Of a stretch of DNA of 62,603 nucleotides, positions 30,001 to 37,034 are shown one piece after another; within the stretch, counting starts at the first letter, position 1, and each line of letters begins with the position of its first letter. The stretch lies in assembly GCA_003151375.1 (NCBI GenBank), contig PLXI01000234.1:1-62603 (forward strand), written 5' to 3'. Both the position numbers and the translations under genes were made by a program. This DNA is from Hyphomicrobiales bacterium (lineage in GTDB: Bacteria; Pseudomonadota; Alphaproteobacteria; Rhizobiales; Aestuariivirgaceae). A model generated the notes under the pieces. It did not search any database, was not told where the DNA came from, and saw only the letters and a list, made by a program, of their open reading frames with translations.

Positions 30001-31758
30001 CATGCGCGCGCCATGCCAAAGGCTCTTACGGCCGCAGTTGATTCGCTAAGAACCAATACGACGGTCAAGATGCCTGGCGAAGTGGATGGAGGCCAGTCTC
30101 GGTTTGCATTTGGTGGCGATCTTTCAAAGATTGATTCCACGAACAAAGATGCCAAATGGGATGAACTCAAGGATGCCAGCGCTGGACTTATGCGTGGCAT
30201 GAAAGATGCAGTTGTTGCCACCGGCGAACTGTTGAAATCAGGTGGCGATAAAGACGCTCCACTTGTGGGTTGGAATTCCACAGAAGGCGGCGCTATTCCA
30301 AACTTTGCCATCAAAGGCGTTACCGTGTTGCCGACTGGTGACATAGCACGAGGGCCAGGCCGCGTGATTGGCGCACTCCACAGCTATCAGCGGGTGATGA
30401 ACTATTCCATCGAGAACAATCAGAAAGCCTATCGCCAAGCCAGATCGGAAGGCCTGACCGGCCCCGATTTTGATGCGCGCGTTGCGGCGTTGCGTCAAAA
30501 CCCATCCGAGGAATCCATGGCGGCAACCAGAGAGGTCGCTGGCAATCTTACTCTCATGGGCCAAGGTGGAGATTTCGTACGAAAATTATCGTCTTTGATT
30601 AATGCCAATGTCACGCTTCCGCTTCTGGGAACATTCCCACCTTTGAAATTCATTGACCCATTCGTGAAAATCGCTGCGAACATCATGGATCAGTCGATCA
30701 TTCAAAGATCACCAGTTGGATTGCTTTCCCCTGAAATTCGCGCCGACATTGGTGGAAAAAATGGCAAGATTGCGCAAGATCAGGCCATGGCCCGCATGTT
30801 GGCAGGAACAGCACTTGGCCTCACCTTTGCTGGACTGGCGGCCAATGGACTGGCCAGCGGCTCAGGTCCGACCGATGTAAACCAACGCGCCATGCTGGAA
30901 CAAACCGGCTGGAGAGCGCATTCGGTGCGCTTGGGCGATATGTGGATTCCTACCAACCGTCTCGGCCCACTTGGGATGCTTTCAAGTCTGGCATCTGATT
31001 TCTATGACATATCGCATGTGGCATCTGATGGTGATTTGCTCCACGCCGGTTCAATGCTCATGCACGCCTTCACTCAAAACATTCTTGATGAAAGCTTCAT
31101 GCGCGGACCCGCCGATCTGATTAAGGCGCTTGAGGATTCCAACCGTTACGGCGAAAGTTATTTGAAAGGCTTTGCATCTTCATTCGTACCGTTTTCAGTT
31201 GGTATGGCGCAAATGGATCGGGCGATGGATCCATATCAGCGCGCCACCAGAACAGTGCTCGATGCAATTAAAGCCAAGATCCCGCCAGGAACACCGCTGC
31301 TTTCGCAATTTATTGGCTCTTCTGATCAATTATTTGCCAGAAGGAACATTTGGGGCGAACCGATGCCAAATCAAGAAGCCTTCATCGGCAAGGGCATCAC
31401 TTCGATTTATGAAACAAAAGTCAACAACGATCCGGTCAATATCGCCCTGACCAATCTTAGCATTGGGCCAGCGCCGGTTAAGCGCATGATCAGAAACGTG
31501 CAGCTCACCGATCAGCAATACGATGATTATTCCCGTATTGCAGGAAGGCTGGCAAAGCAAAGGCTTGATGTTCTGGTGAACTCACCGGACTTTAATTCGA
31601 TGCCAAACTTCATCAAAGTAAAATTGATCACTGAATTCATCAGCCAGTCTCGCGTTGCGGCTGAAGGTGTGATATTAGCACAGAACAACGGTAAGTTGGC
31701 GTATGATGCAGGCCAGATCAAATATAACAAGATGATGGGCATTACGCCGCCAAAATGA
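24049..31758 (+). CDS. Giant internal virion / polyvalent protein (ParB-like, zeta-toxin-like P-loop kinase and HExxH domains)
   Basis: 2569 aa; IVWQ..DGKLFVSNGHQR (ParB-like); LLGPPASGKST...LIDSDEAK..IPE...VHEES (zeta-like); STFLHETGH...HEKFARGFE.Y; C-terminal RNIWGEP region. Confidence 0.8.
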   Translation: MADNQSANPYDTAGFALAPNQVDQTEKTDNPYDAMGDFGLKPGSSASGSFARGAERGALPAAGGLAGAEAGAEIGAGIGAFGGPLDWATVPVGGLVGGLVGGFGGSYATQGVQDYGVSKAPDSWKEAIGQDDRQQQLDQQQHPYATFAGGLAPFALTLKPGLMAKGALPDNPTTLQTLLAHPASKHIVAGLGMGGMEIGQEVANGETPDWGKIAISTGFGVVFNKPTRIGQTISNLGARVAAPITDVIGRPTVDRFGNKIPEPFSPDPTKPIPTIAEMADQQIMGPGITDAVFDGSQQQNPEAKEAAQNAAMLEKSILVGPTPPDIHDVVRRMEPEVFEKYDALVARRNEAAAWVDNLNNPTDENIRSALPLGPDGELFGRDTAQKQLSAVENELHDLAPQVSAAYRRAAESVGAPMIQPEATKPVGEAPASTEAALSPQAQIHPDHAAIADDVTKQLIAAGRAPEEAQAAGQLVADHTVTRAERFGGALGTPLELHNREGAKILGFGKTQPAPISPVAPKIEGRTLPAPVEPTPEVKQERQQVSDQMQTLASGHIESGFSSVKKFDDVASAALPETKGQPAGVFMFDPTKLGVDAERFQFKSGGDQYGVTNALKSVSKWDKTKAGVAIVWQQNDGKLFVSNGHQRTGLARRLIDQGKEKNIELPGLLLREKDGFSAADARAISAVTNIAEGTGSALDGAKILRSRPDLLDGSLPLSEGKGKQAAALAKLDDEAFRMVVNEVVPEHQAAIVGDLIPNDGPRQIAAMKAISRFEPKNADETVALVQRVAQAELAKAEAGKQTSMFGDLETAESTAGQEMQIVGRTIKELNKDKSLFARVVANADRIEGAGSQIDRSSAESVATDSEIFAKVLSTSAYSAGPIRNELISAARDLRDGKATVGEASARIVAAVRRQVEENGGNGLGLGKGPENETQENTEGSGLGKELTPQEAWNGFVATKAERAAGGNNYSGAFNGKFNRAGDPVRGRATQEWTPGNLIDVGFVKDLLVVKANKDGSFDLISKPDKDGISKSYSAKPHEGLGSTGSVNFTATTKNLPARERELAQRSLAVRRQSDPDFDRIVTLVDNHAPIPEIEADPYLQGAVRHMAAIPLTSAQPGFMSEVWKADRTYDFPGGKVQGYDNAVTKLTDMARDFSTNGPVLREKKATVLLGPPASGKSTYAEKYATARHAALIDSDEAKRVIPEFNRGIGASAVHEESAIMAHEVQAKLMSEGSNIVIPKVGHNADGIHSLIETLKANGYSVDLVGIKTSYDNAFRRMIGRFASTGRLIDPAYVRAVGEKPTDTYRTLKEQGVADRYAEIDNNGKRGEAPQILDDTGATEGIHGLRSSGEQGVQGQVAGTGQEVQSQGIVRNLYQRDLLDEKGAEGLPQTLLPGVEPSSLKQRLELESNKPMRGGNKPAGGMFDEEAQKQQELFQSALGKIRIAPGNRPIITLFRDANASTFLHETGHQWLEELTRDAAHPQAPDNLKADSAIVRNWLGSADGAPITVRQHEKFARGFEQYMREGVAPSARLVSVFSKFKNWLTSIYQSLKGLGAPINDDIRGVFDRQLSLDPQRTVIAEPHEAGPSLADVHMGDATDAHPIEADGLMARVASEKQRAFTDLPPEVQNEIESSIQKYTEANAARTEPATENGPSEGRPAEVDGGSGRPEPVTTSSASSAVNGAVEPSGSAAGPEGAGVSGQQQRSSSDTGHPLAPQSAEQFDTNSSKFVDKAGNIRLDNIQTPEDIKQAMREMAEQNGDFIAGRRGVVTDGQVLDLAAAVGIDQLSAKKIGEAFSAEEIKAAEKFLAQSVGAATEAAKKAVESGSDEDIIAYAQAKSRHAMAQGIFSQATAEAGRALRALRRTQELWNPETTSANGYLKEATGTTLFQLKQEAELLSKMDTPEKASKYIYDSQKRGFGRGLLEYFVNNLISGPATHTTYAIANEILSLWKIGPETLTAAAIGKVREAMGNEGPRVYAGEAAAGLSEHARAMPKALTAAVDSLRTNTTVKMPGEVDGGQSRFAFGGDLSKIDSTNKDAKWDELKDASAGLMRGMKDAVVATGELLKSGGDKDAPLVGWNSTEGGAIPNFAIKGVTVLPTGDIARGPGRVIGALHSYQRVMNYSIENNQKAYRQARSEGLTGPDFDARVAALRQNPSEESMAATREVAGNLTLMGQGGDFVRKLSSLINANVTLPLLGTFPPLKFIDPFVKIAANIMDQSIIQRSPVGLLSPEIRADIGGKNGKIAQDQAMARMLAGTALGLTFAGLAANGLASGSGPTDVNQRAMLEQTGWRAHSVRLGDMWIPTNRLGPLGMLSSLASDFYDISHVASDGDLLHAGSMLMHAFTQNILDESFMRGPADLIKALEDSNRYGESYLKGFASSFVPFSVGMAQMDRAMDPYQRATRTVLDAIKAKIPPGTPLLSQFIGSSDQLFARRNIWGEPMPNQEAFIGKGITSIYETKVNNDPVNIALTNLSIGPAPVKRMIRNVQLTDQQYDDYSRIAGRLAKQRLDVLVNSPDFNSMPNFIKVKLITEFISQSRVAAEGVILAQNNGKLAYDAGQIKYNKMMGITPPK

Positions 31759-31770
31759 GGTTTCTTCTAA

Positions 31771-32217
31771 ATGTTTGACCGCGAAACCAAAGAAACTAAC
31801 CGTCTCCTCGCAGAGAACGGGCATACGCTGCGCAGGATTGAACTTTTGCTCACCCAACTTTTAACCACGGAGAATAAAATCATTATGGATCTCACCCAAC
31901 TTACTGCCGCCGTTGCTCGCAATGGCACTGTTGAGGCTTCAGCAGTTACGCTGTTGCAAGGCCTTAAAGGGCAACTTGATGCTGCCATCGAAGCAAATCG
32001 CGCTGGCGACCCAACCGCATTGGCCGCCTTGTCAACTGCTCTTGGCTCGGAGACAGACTCACTCGCCGCTGCTATCGTCGCTAATACTCCGGCACCTGCT
32101 GCTGTGGTTGCTGCACCAGTTGCGGATGCGCTTCCACCTGTTGAGCCATCACCAGCTGCCGAACCTGCACAAGCTCCTGTCGATCCTGTGCCTGTTGAAC
32201 CAGCCACCGCGTCGTAA
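31771..32217 (+). CDS. Hypothetical coiled-coil protein
   Basis: LTAAVARN.TVEASAVTLLQGLK.QL...LAAAIVANTP, Pro/Ala tail; GAGG upstream. Confidence 0.7.
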   Translation: MFDRETKETNRLLAENGHTLRRIELLLTQLLTTENKIIMDLTQLTAAVARNGTVEASAVTLLQGLKGQLDAAIEANRAGDPTALAALSTALGSETDSLAAAIVANTPAPAAVVAAPVADALPPVEPSPAAEPAQAPVDPVPVEPATAS

Positions 32218-32224
32218 CCCAAAA

Positions 32225-32249
32225 ACCCCGCTGCGTGAGGCGGCGGGGT
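32225..32249. terminator. GC-rich hairpin, possible terminator
   Basis: ACCCCGCTGC-GTGAG-GCGGCGGGGT between the structural and lysis genes, A-run on the left. Confidence 0.5.
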
Positions 32250-32279
32250 AATTCACTTTAACGGGGAAGAGAGCCAATT

Positions 32280-32660
32280 ATGGCGGGCGGAACAACAGCA
32301 CTGATCACTTATGCGGTAGCAAAGAATGCTGCCGCTACGTTAGTTTTGAGTATGCCAGTTGCGGTTCTTGTGGCCAGTTTACCTGATATTTCGACAGATG
32401 CTATTTTTTGGGGCGCGGCTGGTGGTGCCGTGCGGTGGATGGCCACTCGGCAAACGTGGGGCAGTGGGCTTCTTGGTGTTTGCATTGGCGCTATAATGGC
32501 TGCTGGCCTAATTGGCGCTAATATCCCTTTTCTCAGCGATATTTTACCTTCTAAAGAAACCGCTGGCCATGCCACTCCATTTTTGACTGGCACGTTTGGT
32601 GTGACCATATTTGGCGCAATCCAAGACATCATTAGTTTCAAGCGAGGAAAACCAGAATGA
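32280..32660 (+). CDS. Putative holin
   Basis: 126 aa, several hydrophobic segments (GAAGGAVRW motif), basic C-terminus, upstream of the endolysin. Confidence 0.6.
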   Translation: MAGGTTALITYAVAKNAAATLVLSMPVAVLVASLPDISTDAIFWGAAGGAVRWMATRQTWGSGLLGVCIGAIMAAGLIGANIPFLSDILPSKETAGHATPFLTGTFGVTIFGAIQDIISFKRGKPE

Positions 32661-33079
32661 TTATTTCCAACGCAATAAAGACGATATCGTTGGCGATGCC
32701 TCTCACCATCGTTGCGATTTTTGGTTCTCAGCCTGGGGCACTTGAAGGCCATCTATTTCCAGTTATTACCAGTTATAAAATCATTTCCGAGACGGTTGCG
32801 AGAGACGGCAATATCGACATATCAGTTGATCTTAACAAGGCACGGGAGTGTCAGCGTGTTTCTCTCGAATTTTACATTCAAGACGCCGATAAATACTGGT
32901 ATTTCACTCCACGCTCAGGCGCTTCCACTATACCTAACGAGGTTGGGTTATATCACACGATGTGGAAATTGTTTGCTCCAGCGCGACTTATCGGGCGACC
33001 AATCAAGATAGTGGCACACCACCAATGTTGGGGCGAACCCATGTGGTTGACTGATACGACCACGATTGTTACGCCATAG
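32657..33079 (+). CDS. Membrane-anchored/periplasmic protein in lysis cassette (antiholin-like?)
   Basis: N-terminal hydrophobic segment, Cys pair (KARECQ...HQCW); ATGA coupling to the holin. Confidence 0.55.
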   Translation: MIISNAIKTISLAMPLTIVAIFGSQPGALEGHLFPVITSYKIISETVARDGNIDISVDLNKARECQRVSLEFYIQDADKYWYFTPRSGASTIPNEVGLYHTMWKLFAPARLIGRPIKIVAHHQCWGEPMWLTDTTTIVTP

Positions 33080-33106
33080 ACACTCGTTTAAGAAAAGGAA
33101 ACTGAA

Positions 33107-34693
33107 ATGCCAGAACTTGCAGGGATGGTGAACCGAGTTTTCACGCTCACCGAATTTCAGAAATATCTAGTCGATGAAGTGGCGCCAATGATGAAGGCAT
33201 GGCGGCCTTCCATGATTGTCGATCATAACACCGGCACAAACCCACACTGGACGAAAGACTCAACGGCGGATCAATCGCTGCAGCTTGTCAAGAACATGAG
33301 CGTCACATGGGCATCGCCGCCTAACGATTGGCATTCGGGCCCGCATCTCGTCATTGGCCCCAATTGCCTGATCGTGGCCGCCTGGCCGCTATGGATGCAC
33401 GGCACTCACTCTCCGTCATGGAATGAAGTCTCTTGGGGCATTGAACATTCTGCTGATTTTGATAAAGAACTGATGGCTGATGATTTCCGCGCCACATCCC
33501 TCGGAGTCAAGAAAGCACTTTTCAAGATGCTAGGCTTGCTGGCCAGCGATGCAACATATAAGCATCACCACGAGGATCCTCACACAAGTCACAAGCATTG
33601 CCCTGGTGTGAACTTCGGAACCAAGGCTTCGTGGCTGACCGCGCTTAATACCCTCACCCCATTCCAAAAGACCCTAGACCTGCCACATCGCGCCATTTTG
33701 GCCTTTTCAGATGGCATGAAAGCCAAATTAAAAAGCATGGAGGCCTTCCGTGAGCAGGCTTACAATCTCAAAGGCATCTGGCATGTTGGCTGGGGCTTCC
33801 GTGATGGCTATCGCGGCCTGCATGTCGATGCCACCACCACGATGACGCTGGAAGCCGCGAACAAGTTCTTTGATGAATCCACGTCTGCGGAGGCCGGCAC
33901 GATTCAGACTTTGGTTACAGTCCCGCTCAAACAATATCAACTCGATGCCCTTGGCATATTCGCTTGGAACACTGGAACGGGCGCACTGGCTGGCAGCACT
34001 ATTCTCAAAGATTTAAACGCTGGCGACATTGCTGGCGCTGCGGCTGGCTTTGATCTGTGGAACAAATGGCGCGAAACACCGGATGGCCCTTTGGTTGTTT
34101 CACCCGAATTGACCGTGCGACGGGCCTATGAGCGCAGCGTGTTCGAGGGCAAGGTTGATCTTGCACCAAGCCCACCTGTCGGAACCGCCCCGCCTGCACC
34201 CCGCGCCGTTGCCACAGCGAAAATTCCGCCTATAATGGCACAATCCATGCCAGCAACGGCAAAACCATCTGTAATCGCGTCTAAACAAGCCGCGCCTGTC
34301 GGAAACAGGCAAACCTCACTTTTAGGAGCTTCCCAAATGAGCGTTCTTCCCAGCACTTCAACTCTAAATATCGGTTCTATCCTCGCCATGGCCGCTGGCC
34401 TTGGTGCATTGCTGCCAAAAATTGCCACCGAATATAGCACAGTCGGCATCGTGGCCGCCGCTGCCCTTGGCGTTGGGCTGCTGATCCAAGCTTTCATTCC
34501 CCCAGCCACTGCCGCCACAATTGAAAACACTGTGGCTGATGAGTTGATCCCCGTGGCCGAACAATTCCTGCCAAGCGATAGAGCCTTGCTTGACCAAATT
34601 AGGGGCGGCTTAAAGACTGCTGCTTCTGGCGTAACCACCGCTGCAAATGCCACCGCTGCGATTGCCGCTTCAGCTACCCCAACGGCTAGTTAA
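33107..34693 (+). CDS. Modular endolysin: Zn amidase (Amidase_2-like) + GH24 muramidase-like domain + C-terminal membrane segment
   Basis: DHNT...SGPH...WGIEH...HHE...KHCPG; E.FR..AY....W.VGWG...Q.DAL..F.WN.G...LNAGD...WNK...L..RR..E; two hydrophobic helices after residue 410. Confidence 0.85.
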   Translation: MPELAGMVNRVFTLTEFQKYLVDEVAPMMKAWRPSMIVDHNTGTNPHWTKDSTADQSLQLVKNMSVTWASPPNDWHSGPHLVIGPNCLIVAAWPLWMHGTHSPSWNEVSWGIEHSADFDKELMADDFRATSLGVKKALFKMLGLLASDATYKHHHEDPHTSHKHCPGVNFGTKASWLTALNTLTPFQKTLDLPHRAILAFSDGMKAKLKSMEAFREQAYNLKGIWHVGWGFRDGYRGLHVDATTTMTLEAANKFFDESTSAEAGTIQTLVTVPLKQYQLDALGIFAWNTGTGALAGSTILKDLNAGDIAGAAAGFDLWNKWRETPDGPLVVSPELTVRRAYERSVFEGKVDLAPSPPVGTAPPAPRAVATAKIPPIMAQSMPATAKPSVIASKQAAPVGNRQTSLLGASQMSVLPSTSTLNIGSILAMAAGLGALLPKIATEYSTVGIVAAAALGVGLLIQAFIPPATAATIENTVADELIPVAEQFLPSDRALLDQIRGGLKTAASGVTTAANATAAIAASATPTAS

Positions 34694-34957
34694 ATGTTCT
34701 CGCTGATCGCGACGTGGGTTGCAGCGGTCGGTGGGCTGGGAACAGTCTTGGGGTTGGTTGTGTGGGCACTTAAAGCCTACACAGCCGCCAAGGCGGATAA
34801 AGCCATAGCCGATGAACGCCAAGCAGGCGCAGATGCAAGGGACGTGGAGGCAACAAATGCTGAGATTAAACGTATGCAAGACGCTGCCGCTGCTGGCGCT
34901 GCTGCTGGTAGGGTGTACGACACAACGGCTGATCCCAACGACAAGCAAGGGAAATAA
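34694..34957 (+). CDS. i-spanin (Rz-like)
   Basis: N-terminal TM helix plus Ala-rich coiled coil directly after the endolysin. Confidence 0.7.
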   Translation: MFSLIATWVAAVGGLGTVLGLVVWALKAYTAAKADKAIADERQAGADARDVEATNAEIKRMQDAAAAGAAAGRVYDTTADPNDKQGK

Positions 34958-35108
34958 ACCCCTCGACTGCTCTAACTGGCAGCAGGGGCCGAGCGTCACT
35001 TACAATCGCAAGGGCGATGTCATCACACCTGAGACTTTGCAATCCATCCACACAACTAACCGCTGGATGGCAGTGAACAACGCGGCGGAAGGAGCTTCTT
35101 GCCCATAA
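34857..35108 (+). CDS. o-spanin lipoprotein (Rz1-like), overlapping the i-spanin
   Basis: GGAGG at 34846, ATG 34857, MLRLNVCKTLPLLALLLVG|C lipobox, +1 frame overlap. Confidence 0.75.
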   Translation: MLRLNVCKTLPLLALLLVGCTTQRLIPTTSKGNKPLDCSNWQQGPSVTYNRKGDVITPETLQSIHTTNRWMAVNNAAEGASCP

Positions 35109-35476
35109 AACTTACCGACCTTGATCCGCGATGGCTTACGTTTGAAGGAATGCGCCGAGGGATAACATTCAAGTGCCCTCATTGCCAAAAGGTATGGTTG
35201 ACTTGTTTTACCGAGCCGATGCCCCTTTTTGGCGACGGATGTATCGATGAAGACGTATCAAAATGGAATGGCCTTTCTCAGTTCGTTTTGTGGCGCGATG
35301 CAGTTGGCATGGACGTTCCACAAATAGAAATGGTGGGCTGCACAAAAGGAATTGCGTGGACTGCAACACCGCCCATTGGAGAAGCTACATTTGAAAATCT
35401 GTCATTCACGCCAAGTCTTGATGCTTCCAAAGCTGGCCATTGGCATGGTTTTATTACGAATGGCGTAGTTAGCTGA
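35099..35476 (+). CDS. Small Cys/His protein (DUF6527-like), paralog A
   Basis: KL.DL.P.W...GITFKCPHC...FENLSFTPSL...HWHGFITNG; GGAG upstream of TTG. Confidence 0.7.
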   Translation: MPIKLTDLDPRWLTFEGMRRGITFKCPHCQKVWLTCFTEPMPLFGDGCIDEDVSKWNGLSQFVLWRDAVGMDVPQIEMVGCTKGIAWTATPPIGEATFENLSFTPSLDASKAGHWHGFITNGVVS

Positions 35477-35868
35477 TGGTGGACGATCTCCCCGAAAAGC
35501 GCACTAAGTTTATTCACATCGGAGCGCCTGCTTGTTTTGCATTGGAATTGGCCATGCAGCATGTCAACAGTGCATTCGGTGGTTATGGATCATACGTTGT
35601 GGGCTCGTGCCTCGAACGACCCGATTGGCGTGACGTTGATATTCGCATGATCATGGATGATGAGGATTTCGACAAAGAATTTCCAAACACTCGCGTTGAT
35701 GGGATTTGGGAGTTTGACGCGAAGTGGCTACTTCTCACCGTCAGCATTTCGCAATGGCTAAAAGATCAAACTGGACTTCCAATTGACTTTCAATTTCAGC
35801 CTCAAACTCATGCAAATCAGCGCCACAAGGGCCAGAGAAATGCAGTTGGATTGGCAAAGCACCATTAA
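35476..35868 (+). CDS. Minimal Pol-beta-superfamily nucleotidyltransferase
   Basis: YVVGS...WRDVDIR (GS + DxD) and distal LPIDFQ aspartate; TGATG coupling. Confidence 0.75.
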   Translation: MVDDLPEKRTKFIHIGAPACFALELAMQHVNSAFGGYGSYVVGSCLERPDWRDVDIRMIMDDEDFDKEFPNTRVDGIWEFDAKWLLLTVSISQWLKDQTGLPIDFQFQPQTHANQRHKGQRNAVGLAKHH

Positions 35869-35885
35869 CTAATCCGCCTACCGTG

Positions 35886-35919
35886 AGCCCTGCTCCTTAA
35901 CTGGATGCAGGGCTTTTTT
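35886..35919 (+). terminator. Rho-independent terminator ending the late operon
   Basis: AGCCCTGC...GCAGGGC stem followed by TTTTTT. Confidence 0.85.
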
Positions 35920-35978
35920 GCTTTTAAACTTAGTCGGTGGACTAAACTTAGTCCAAAGGCTAAACGACTATAAATTTA

Positions 35979-36182
35979 GGTGAGAGGGGCCAGATTGGTT
36001 ACTGGCTGTAGCTTTTAAGTACGGGCACTTCGCGTTCTGGACTGTCGCTTATTGGACTTCTGCCACCCACTAAAGGGTTCAACTGCCTTTAAGATTAACC
36101 AGCAAAATAAGCTTGTGAGGGTTTTCAACCTCTGCCGCTACTTTCCCATCATTCCGAGCGCGTCTATCCGCGCAGCCCTCTC
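35979..36182 (-). ncRNA. tRNA-scaffold structured RNA 1 (acceptor, D-like and T-like arms; ~150-nt insert in place of the anticodon arm)
   Basis: Minus strand: GAGAGGG-CT-GCGCG GATAGA CGCGC...GCCAG TAACCAAT CTGGC-CCCTCTC-A-CC; intergenic. Confidence 0.6.
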
Positions 36183-36278
36183 ATAAAATGACCGTGTGAA
36201 CTTCAAGGCTACGGTCCAGAGCCTTCCTGCTTTTCGTTTAACGTCCACTCGATAGTCGCAGGCTTCCCGGACGGAAAC

Positions 36279-36557
36279 TCACCTCACCCAAATGCAAATC
36301 GTTGTCACCTGCGCCTTGATGCGGTCGCGTTCTTCTTCACAAGCCTGAGCGCTGGAATATGGAATGAACTGAGGCGGGCTGATGGCCACAATCATATAGG
36401 CACCTTTGGTCTTTGGAATGTTGACTGGCATGGTTTGCGCTGATGGGGCTGGGGGAGCCACTGGAGCGCTTGGAGCCGGGGTCGCGTCATCCGCCTTGGC
36501 GGAAGCCGAGAAGGCCACCAGCGTTGCGCTGAGCAGGATTGGTAATAGTTTTAACAT
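36279..36557 (-). CDS. Small exported protein
   Basis: MLK + hydrophobic core + AKA|DD signal peptide, C-terminal Cys pair; SD AAGGA. Confidence 0.7.
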   Translation of the reverse strand: MLKLLPILLSATLVAFSASAKADDATPAPSAPVAPPAPSAQTMPVNIPKTKGAYMIVAISPPQFIPYSSAQACEEERDRIKAQVTTICIWVR

Positions 36558-36673
36558 GGGTATTTCCTTTCGGTTGAAGTTGGGGTTGGGAATCGGGAGA
36601 CGCTACTCTCATCCTAGGATGATGACGCGCCCCCCGACTATTGGGGGTAGGAGGAACCGTCGCCCCAATCTGG

Positions 36674-36964
36674 TTAAGTGGTTGCTTTGGTGTTGAGGCG
36701 ATTAACGATCACTTGGGCGCGTTTGATAAATTCATCAAACTGTTTCACGACATATTCGTGTTCATCAATGACAGATGTCATCAAAGCTTTTTGATGATCA
36801 ATCAGGTCTTGCTTTGCAACCTTGGCCAACGTGATCATATCGTTCATATCGGTAAGTGTGGCCGTGGTTCCATCAGCTACATCGTTTGCAAGGCTGCTCA
36901 TGCCATTCACCAATTCTGGAAGTTGGTCCAATGCAGTCTTTAATTTATTTGCGTGTTCTAACAT
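36674..36964 (-). CDS. Hypothetical coiled-coil protein
   Basis: 96 aa; SD AAGGA. Confidence 0.6.
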   Translation of the reverse strand: MLEHANKLKTALDQLPELVNGMSSLANDVADGTTATLTDMNDMITLAKVAKQDLIDHQKALMTSVIDEHEYVVKQFDEFIKRAQVIVNRLNTKATT

Positions 36965-37034
36965 AGTTTATCCTTTCAAAAGTTTTCCGGTTTTACGCTG
37001 GGAATTATGCACGTTGCTATGTGGCGGATTGCCG

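Noticed and set aside
35979-36182. Canonical tRNA or tmRNA
   Set aside because: No anticodon arm of normal size, no TTCRA loop, no G3-U70 pair or evident tag reading frame; kept only as a tRNA-like RNA
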